From an uncultured Acidobacteriota bacterium (lineage in GTDB: Bacteria; Acidobacteriota; Vicinamibacteria; Vicinamibacterales; CAVVIG01), in NCBI GenBank assembly GCA_963780685.1, contig CAWACZ010000012.1, forward strand, positions 195,238 through 259,237: DNA of 64,000 nucleotides. Reading direction: 5' to 3'. Below are positions 60,226 through 64,000 of the stretch, in pieces; the stretch's first letter is position 1, and every line of letters begins with the position of its first letter. Made by a program: the position numbers and the translations under genes. The notes under the pieces were generated by a model. That model worked only from the letters and a program-made list of their open reading frames with translations. It ran no database searches and was not told the DNA's origin.

Positions 60226-60345
60226 CTATCGTTTGTCGATCGTGCCGTTGTAGACCTTGCGGGCGGAATCGTACGCGGCGTCACCAGGTTGGATGATGGC
60301 GCCGCGCACGCGGGATTGCAGCCGAACAAGTTTCGCTCGAGTTGG
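60226..60345 (-). pseudogene. N-terminal relic of an FAD-binding (FAD_binding_4 / BBE-like) oxidoreductase
   Basis: Minus strand reads RAKLVRLQSRVRGAIIQPGDAAYDSARKVYNGTIDKR* (TAG 60226-60228). It resembles the LxGxVIxPGDxxYDxARxVxNGxIDRRP start of FAD-linked oxidases. No start codon, and nothing follows. Confidence 0.3.
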
Positions 60346-60425
60346 CGCTGGCCCGCTCTGGTAGCGCAGCCCTTCAGGGCTGCTTTCGGCGGGCGCTGGC
60401 CGGCCAACTCAAGTCGGCTCCTGGA

Positions 60426-60914
60426 TTAGCGCTTGGTCAACGGCTGTTGCGGCGCGTCGGCCGGGTTGACATAGAAGATGTCGAACGGGCCTTCCAGATT
60501 GATCTGGACCACCGTCGGCTCTGCGGTCCATGCGAAGTGATGCATCCTTGCCGGGAGCGAGACGAACCCGCCCGGCTCCAGGGTCTGCGAGGCTTGACGG
60601 TCCAGCTTGTCGCCCATTCCGACGTGAAGGGCCCCGGACAGCACTGTCACGCGCTCGGTCATGCTGTGCCAGTGCGGCGGAATGGCGTAATTCGCCGGGA
60701 ACTTCAGGCGCAGCGTCACCGCGCCCTTTTCCGACGGATTTCCCTCCAGGACACTGATCTGCGCCCCGGCGGGCAGATGGGGCGGAGCCGGCCCCCACTG
60801 CACCTTGTCCGCCGGCACCAAGACATGCGTGGACTGGGCGACCCCCGGTGCGATCGTGACGATGAGGCCCAAGGCAACTGACCCGAGACAGACGGCACGG
60901 CGTGTGATGCTCAT
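60426..60914 (-). CDS. Secreted cupin-domain protein
   Basis: Signal peptide MSITRRAVCLGSVALGLIVTIAPGVAQS; KFPANYAIPPHWHSMTERVTVLSGALHVGMGD...GGFVSLPARMHHFAWT. Confidence 0.8.
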   Translation of the reverse strand: MSITRRAVCLGSVALGLIVTIAPGVAQSTHVLVPADKVQWGPAPPHLPAGAQISVLEGNPSEKGAVTLRLKFPANYAIPPHWHSMTERVTVLSGALHVGMGDKLDRQASQTLEPGGFVSLPARMHHFAWTAEPTVVQINLEGPFDIFYVNPADAPQQPLTKR

Positions 60915-61030
60915 AAGCTTCCTCCTGAAGGGGACAGCCTATGAGGCCGAGCGTTCCCAAAGCGTTCGTGAGATCGTTCTGCCGTAACTGCAGTTTTTTA
61001 CTGGGGAGTCCGGGGACGCGTCACGAATGC

Positions 61031-64000
61031 TCAAATCGATCCTGCAAACGACGAAGCGAGAATTCGCCGCTCCAGGCTTCGGCTGTTCTGCGCGCGTGCC
61101 AGCTCGAGCCCCCGTCGCAGCATTCCTTCGCGATCCGGTGTCGACTCGAGCTCGCTCCTCTGGAGATACAGCGCGGGAAGCCACCACACGTCAGCCCGCT
61201 CGAGTGCCATGGTAATGGCGAGATCCAGAACGGAGGCCGTCCGATCCCGATTCCCGCCGAGGCTGTGCGTCTCGGCGAGCAACGACAGGTAGTACGGCCG
61301 GCGCGCCTGCGCGCGCTTTGCATCGAGCCGTTCGAGCGCCGACTCGATCGTCGCGATGCCGTCGGCGGGCCGTTCCTGTCCCTGCGCCCATCCAATAAGT
61401 ACCTGGGCCCAGTCGCCGTAATAGGCGAATCCGCACCGTTCGCACAGCGCCACAACCGATTCGGCGCAATCACGCACCCGGTCCACGTCGCGACGCATCT
61501 GATGAAGGAGACCGGCGTAGGCGAGCGCGAGCGTCTGGCTATATAGATGATCCAGTCGCCGAGCGAGCGCGACGCCCTCCTCGGCGTGCGCGAGGGCGGC
61601 GTCCTCGTCGCCGAGCAGCCACAGAGCGTGCGCGTACCAGGCGTGCGCGAACACACCAAGGTCCGATCCCAGGGCTGAGCGCTGCGGATGCCGCTCGTCA
61701 TACGCCGTCAGAGCCGCCTCGAAATGCTCGCGCGAGGCGTCGAGCTCGCCGACACTCGACAGGGTGCCGCCCATGGCGTGGTGCGCCTCGCAGCGGCACG
61801 ACGGATCCGCGCTGCTGCGCGCGAGCGCCTGCTCCGACACCTCGCGAGTGCCTTTCAAATCGCCGAGCATGTAGCGCATCGTGAACGCGACCCAGAGCCA
61901 ACGCACGGGCACGTCCCCGCGCCCGTCGGCGCGCGACAACGTGAACACGCGATTGAGATTCTCCTCGACCTCCGGCGCCGCATAGCCGCGCGCGGAATTC
62001 AGGGCCACCGAAAGGCTCGATCGCAGAGCCAGCTCCCGCTCGTCGCGATCCCGGCCCGCCGGGAGTCTCTCGAGCAGCGACAGCGCGTGCGTCAGACAAC
62101 GAATGGCTTCCTCGTTGGCCGACACGCGGGTCGCCACCGCGGCGGCACGCTCGAGAAATGGAACCGCGCGCGCCGGCTGACCGCCGCGATCGAGGTGCAC
62201 GGCGATCGAGGCGCTGACCTCGTCCAGACGATTGGCAAACAGCAATTCCATCCCTTGCGCGATTCGCCGGTGAATCAGGCGCCGGCGCGCGGGCCCGATT
62301 GCGCCGTACGCGACCTCGCGGATCCGGTCGTGGCTGAAATCCCACCGCTCTTCAGCCTGAACGCGGACGATATGACGCCGCCAGAGCTCGTCGAGCGCGC
62401 GGACGAGCGCGTCCTCCTCGAGGTCGCTGGCTTGCGCGAGAATGTCGAACCGGAAATCGCGCCCCAGCGCTGCCGCGACCTCGGCGGCCGCGCGCGCCTC
62501 GTCCGAGAGGAGCGCCAGTCGCGCGGCGACAACCGATTGGACTCGTGGCGGCGCGTTGTCAGCCGGGGCGGCCGGCTGCCTCGCCGGCTCCATGCGTCCG
62601 AGCTCCACGATGAACAGCGGATGACCTTCGGTCTCGCGAAAAGTGGTCGCCAGCGCCGCCTCGTCCAGCGGATGCTCGGCGACTGCTCCGGCCAATTCGG
62701 CAGTCGCCGACCGGTCGAGCGGGCCGAGTGTGATCGCGGTCATCAGGTCGTCTCGGTCGAGATGCACGAGCAGCCGTTCGAGTTGGGGATTGTCCTGCTC
62801 CTCTTCGGCGCGCACCGTGCCGACAACGAGGCAGCGGGGGTCGGCCGTCGACCTCAGGAAATACTGCAGCCATTCGATGGTGTCCGCGTCCACCCATTGC
62901 AGGTCGTCGACGACCAGGACGAGCGGCGCCGCCGAGCGGAATGTCTGCGCCAGCGCCTCGAAAAAGCGCACGCGCTGCCAGCTCTCGAGCTGGCGGTCGG
63001 GTTCCGGGACCTCGGGGCGTGCAGCAATCACCTCGGGACAAAGCCTGGCGACGTCCGTCAGCCAGGAGGCGTCGAGCCTCGTCAGCGTCGACTGCAGCGC
63101 CTCGCTCTTCAGCCAGGCAGCAATGGGTGCGTACGCCAGGCGTCCTTCGCCGGCATAACAACGGGCCGTCATCGCGCTGATGCTCTTGAGGCGGCACCAG
63201 TCGACCAGTTCTTCAGCGAGCCTGGTCTTGCCGATGCCTGCTTCACCGCGAATCAAGAAAAGCTGCGGCCTGCCGGTCGCGGCGTCGCGCCATGCGTCGA
63301 GCAGCGCGTGCCATTCGTCGTGGCGGCCGACGAGCGGATACACGGCCGTGCGCGGCAGTGCCGGGACGACAGGCGCCGCATCGTCGAGGTCGAGAATCTC
63401 TCTGTAGGTCATGCGCGTCGCCGCGCTTGGCTGGATTCCGAGTTCCTTCTTCAACAATGCGGCGCACTGCTGATAGAGGTGAAGTGCAGTGGGACGCTCG
63501 CCGCGGCGCGCGTGACACCGCATCAGCGCACACCAGGCCGGTTCGTCGAGCGCGTCGAGGCGCAGCAGCTGCTGCGCATGCTCGATCGCCTCCCCAAAGG
63601 CCCGATCTCGCTCCAGTACCTCGACAAGGCGCGTCAGGACTGCCCTTGCGCGCTGGCGGAGACGTTCCCGGTCGGCCTCAATCCATTCGCCCGTGCAGTC
63701 GGGCAGGAGATCGCCTTTGTACACATCGGCGGCTTGCTCGAGCGACGCACGATCTCCCTGGAGGCCGCGGTCGGCGGCGGCCTCGAAGGTAACCACATCC
63801 ACGGACGCGAGGGCCTCTCCGCACCACCTGAGTGTCCGCGAGCCTGCATCGACGAGGGCGTCGAGCTCGGGCCATCCTTCCCGCAGATGGTGCAGCTCGC
63901 GGCGGAGGTTGGTCAGCGCCTGTGGATTGCTCGATTCCGGCCAGAATGAACCTGCGATCTGCTGGCGTTGGATCGGAGCGCTGCGGGCATGGAGAACCAG
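61031..64000 (-). CDS. SARP/BTAD-type regulator fused to AAA ATPase and TPR array (5' end beyond right edge)
   Basis: The minus-strand phase is open from 64000: ...SFWPESSNPQALTNLRRELHHLRE (wHTH tail). BTAD: DVYKGDLLPDCTGEWIEADRERLRQ...AWCALMRCHARRGERPTALHLYQQCAALLKKELGIQPS. Walker A IRGEAGIGKTRLAEEL; LVVDDLQWVDADT; TPR-rich C-terminus. Confidence 0.85.
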   Translation of the reverse strand: MVLHARSAPIQRQQIAGSFWPESSNPQALTNLRRELHHLREGWPELDALVDAGSRTLRWCGEALASVDVVTFEAAADRGLQGDRASLEQAADVYKGDLLPDCTGEWIEADRERLRQRARAVLTRLVEVLERDRAFGEAIEHAQQLLRLDALDEPAWCALMRCHARRGERPTALHLYQQCAALLKKELGIQPSAATRMTYREILDLDDAAPVVPALPRTAVYPLVGRHDEWHALLDAWRDAATGRPQLFLIRGEAGIGKTRLAEELVDWCRLKSISAMTARCYAGEGRLAYAPIAAWLKSEALQSTLTRLDASWLTDVARLCPEVIAARPEVPEPDRQLESWQRVRFFEALAQTFRSAAPLVLVVDDLQWVDADTIEWLQYFLRSTADPRCLVVGTVRAEEEQDNPQLERLLVHLDRDDLMTAITLGPLDRSATAELAGAVAEHPLDEAALATTFRETEGHPLFIVELGRMEPARQPAAPADNAPPRVQSVVAARLALLSDEARAAAEVAAALGRDFRFDILAQASDLEEDALVRALDELWRRHIVRVQAEERWDFSHDRIREVAYGAIGPARRRLIHRRIAQGMELLFANRLDEVSASIAVHLDRGGQPARAVPFLERAAAVATRVSANEEAIRCLTHALSLLERLPAGRDRDERELALRSSLSVALNSARGYAAPEVEENLNRVFTLSRADGRGDVPVRWLWVAFTMRYMLGDLKGTREVSEQALARSSADPSCRCEAHHAMGGTLSSVGELDASREHFEAALTAYDERHPQRSALGSDLGVFAHAWYAHALWLLGDEDAALAHAEEGVALARRLDHLYSQTLALAYAGLLHQMRRDVDRVRDCAESVVALCERCGFAYYGDWAQVLIGWAQGQERPADGIATIESALERLDAKRAQARRPYYLSLLAETHSLGGNRDRTASVLDLAITMALERADVWWLPALYLQRSELESTPDREGMLRRGLELARAQNSRSLERRILASSFAGSI

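Noticed and set aside
61688-63949. 753-aa plus-strand ORF
   Set aside because: It is antisense to the SARP-AAA-TPR gene, which has Walker A and BTAD motifs. Its composition is a shadow-ORF artefact.
1-64000. Search for CRISPR arrays, tRNA/rRNA genes, IS elements, integrases and phage genes
   Set aside because: None were seen. The only repeats found are short operator palindromes, the 9-bp tract at 20226-20290 and the 35-bp duplicated motif near 55150/55330.

Overview
High-GC (about 65-68%) bacterial chromosomal window. The gene content looks Acidobacteriota-like: a PadR plus ADOP/FtsX permease pair, CarboxypepD_reg-type TonB-dependent receptors, DUF1592/DUF1552 pairs, and many Hanks kinases with TPR or beta-propeller tails. 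All calls come from reading the ORF track and sequence and from recalled family motifs; no database search was run. I found no rRNA, tRNA, CRISPR array, transposase or integrase.

Main blocks:
- hicAB and a MarR/TonB-receptor pair.
- A six-gene minus-strand operon (6.3-12.9 kb). It combines a NarK-type MFS fused to a NarI-like cytochrome b with a Nas-type molybdopterin oxidoreductase, a 4Fe-4S protein, a Rieske protein, a small membrane protein and a cupin.
- An ArsR/SRPBCC cluster.
- A heavily frame-broken DUF1592/DUF1552/ankyrin stretch (20.1-25.6 kb).
- A secreted-hydrolase operon (25.8-29.5 kb).
- Three Ser/Thr kinases and one SARP-AAA-TPR regulator.
- An ArsR-rhodanese controlled sulfur/redox operon (39.2-44.3 kb).
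- A Cus/Czc-type RND efflux operon (47.6-54.9 kb).

Most interesting signal: three genes within 7.4 kb each carry one in-frame TGA exactly at a conserved catalytic or metal-binding Cys. They are an ArsM-like methyltransferase, a secreted peroxiredoxin-like redoxin, and an HMA-domain lipoprotein at the tail of the RND operon. Each TGA is followed 9-16 nt later by a GC hairpin, consistent with selenocysteine recoding that ORF callers split or miss.

Caveat: the window also contains several dozen apparent 1-nt frameshifts, where traceable in short homopolymer runs, and several truncated gene relics. Assembly error versus real pseudogenisation must be resolved with reads.
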